From an uncultured Planctomycetaceae bacterium (lineage in GTDB: Bacteria > Planctomycetota > Planctomycetia > Planctomycetales > Planctomycetaceae), in the NCBI GenBank assembly GCA_964431285.1, contig CAYSJO010000896.1, positions 1-63,964 on the forward strand: a stretch of DNA of 63,964 nucleotides, written 5' to 3'. Positions 62,482 through 63,964 of the stretch are shown one piece after another (position 1 is the stretch's first letter; each line of letters opens with the position of its first letter). The notes below the pieces were generated by a model, which saw only the letters and a program-made list of their open reading frames with translations, searched no databases and was not told the DNA's origin. A program made the position numbers and the translations under genes.

Positions 62482-63003
62482 CCCCGGTGATCAAAAAGCC
62501 TCAGACACTACCAACTATTGAGTTTAGATCCCGTGACCTGAAAAAAGTTCCCGTCTCGCCTCAGACGATTCTGGCGAAAGTTCATCTGTGTCAATATTTA
62601 TTAACACGGTTCTCAGTTACTTGCCTGGCAAGACCAAGCTGCTTTCACTACGCCGTGCCCGTGCCTTCCTTGCAGTAAACAGCAGCGTCCCCGCCTTTAT
62701 TGCGCGACAGAAGCGGCCCCTCAGCGGGCCATTGTCCGGCTGTTCCAACGATTATCCAGTCGACGTAGCGAATTCCGCTGCACTTCATACGGTCAACCGG
62801 CAGACGTGCAGGAAAGAAAGTCACAATGAACGCTGACTTGCAAATACGAGGAACCAGCCAATCCCATGGTGTCGGAAGAAGGCGGGCAAGTACCAAATCG
62901 AGCAAAACCCTTGCGCAGTGCATCACCGTCAAACGACACGATGCTGGCAGGGAATCACGTTCTGCGAGCGCACGCGTCACGGCGCCCCTGCCGACGCGAC
63001 TGT

Positions 63004-63963
63004 TCACTCACTCGTCCTGCGCCGCTGCAGGTAAAGAAAACCGTCTTCAGCGCCAACCAGCAGATCTGGCTTTTCCGTGCTCCAGAAGTTCGCTGTCGCG
63101 GGACTACTGGTGTGTCCGGCCAGCTTACGCGTACTCAGCGGACCACGGTCCAGCAGCATGGTCTGACCCTCGAATGTTGTCCTGTTCTCGTACAGGTCAG
63201 CATTGACGCCGTTCACCAGCAAATCGAAGTCACCATCGCCGTCCCAGTCGACGGCGTGCAGCTTACGTCGGCCGCTCCTGCCCGCACGTCCCGCATTCAG
63301 ACGCACCAACTCACCGCGGACGTCGACAAATGCTCGCCGCCCGGGTTTGAGTTGCAGGATCGAGTCGTCACGCTCACTACGAGTCCGCTCGAACAGAACC
63401 AGATAACCTTCATGGTCAAGCATGACCAGATCGTTGAGTCCATCGCCGGTCCAGTCCACGACGACCGGAGTTGTTCTCCACTGCGTGACAAGCTGTTTGC
63501 CTTCCGGTTTCCACCAGGTCCACTCCGGTTTCGGCGTGACACCAGTCCATTCAACCTGGACTGACCGGGCGGACTCCAGTTGCGGCATTTGAGCCGTGCC
63601 GGAATTCCGGTACCACAACACTTTGCCCCAGCTCGAGTTGAGCACGACATCGCGCCGTCCATCGTGGTCCCAGTCGGCCACTGTAAAAGTCGTGTAACCC
63701 CATTTCGCCTCTGCCGGGCCCTGAATCGAACCATTCGGCCCGGCCTGAATCCGAATCACTTCTCCGCCCGCCATCAGCCGGACGGGGGCCGCCCATCGGG
63801 GCTCACTGCTGTCATCGGGGATGCCCAGGTTTTCGAAGAACTCAACGTACCCGGCCGTGTTGCCTGACAGAATGTCCTCATCTCCATCGGCGTCCCAGTC
63901 GACGCAAAACGGCGTCGCCAGAGCTCCGCACTTCAGATGCCGGGCCGTCTGACGAAAGTATCG
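63004..63963 (-). CDS. FG-GAP/VCBS repeat protein, N-terminus outside window
   Basis: The reading frame stays open upstream of the track Met (63774) to the window edge (...VDWDADGDEDILSGNTAGYVEFFENLG...). Further loops ADWDHDGRRDVVL, VDWTGDGLNDLVM, VDWDGDGDFDLLV. Confidence 0.8.
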   Translation of the reverse strand, partial: RYFRQTARHLKCGALATPFCVDWDADGDEDILSGNTAGYVEFFENLGIPDDSSEPRWAAPVRLMAGGEVIRIQAGPNGSIQGPAEAKWGYTTFTVADWDHDGRRDVVLNSSWGKVLWYRNSGTAQMPQLESARSVQVEWTGVTPKPEWTWWKPEGKQLVTQWRTTPVVVDWTGDGLNDLVMLDHEGYLVLFERTRSERDDSILQLKPGRRAFVDVRGELVRLNAGRAGRSGRRKLHAVDWDGDGDFDLLVNGVNADLYENRTTFEGQTMLLDRGPLSTRKLAGHTSSPATANFWSTEKPDLLVGAEDGFLYLQRRRTSE

Positions 63964-63964
63964 A

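Overview
GC-rich bacterial chromosomal window with about 42 protein-coding genes and one tRNA. I saw no rRNA, CRISPR array, transposase, integrase or recognisable defence gene. The gene content points to Planctomycetota: a DUF1559 prepilin-like protein, a DUF1549/DUF1553 + DUF1501 pair plus an extra DUF1501, two CRTAC1/ASPIC-UnbV FG-GAP proteins, a sulfatase, Hanks-type Ser/Thr kinases, and giant TPR and FG-GAP exoproteins. This is inference from family knowledge; no search was run. Housekeeping genes: rplX + tRNA-Gln, a TrmH-like methyltransferase, tgt-yajC-secDF, HU and ribD. Candidates for something undescribed: (1) a minus-strand four-gene signalling operon (26901-34145). It encodes a zf-HC2-like ORF, a Hanks kinase with a CpaB/RcpC-like ectodomain, an 877-aa HEAT-like protein, and a Cache-sensor kinase-like protein whose HRD motif reads HCA. 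A single in-frame TAG separates the first two ORFs. (2) Two adjacent paralogous exoproteins (820 aa and about 2657 aa) built as TPR - repeated beta-module - TPR, embedded among DUF1549/1553/DUF1501 genes. (3) A mirror-ordered TPR-CRTAC1-DUF1559-CRTAC1-TPR cluster. (4) A 1383-aa FG-GAP/RTX/Calx-beta/dockerin-like protein ending in a metzincin motif. (5) Dispersed and palindromic intergenic elements. All calls rest on motifs read by eye in the supplied translations and sequence. Start codons are best guesses, and nothing was checked against a database.
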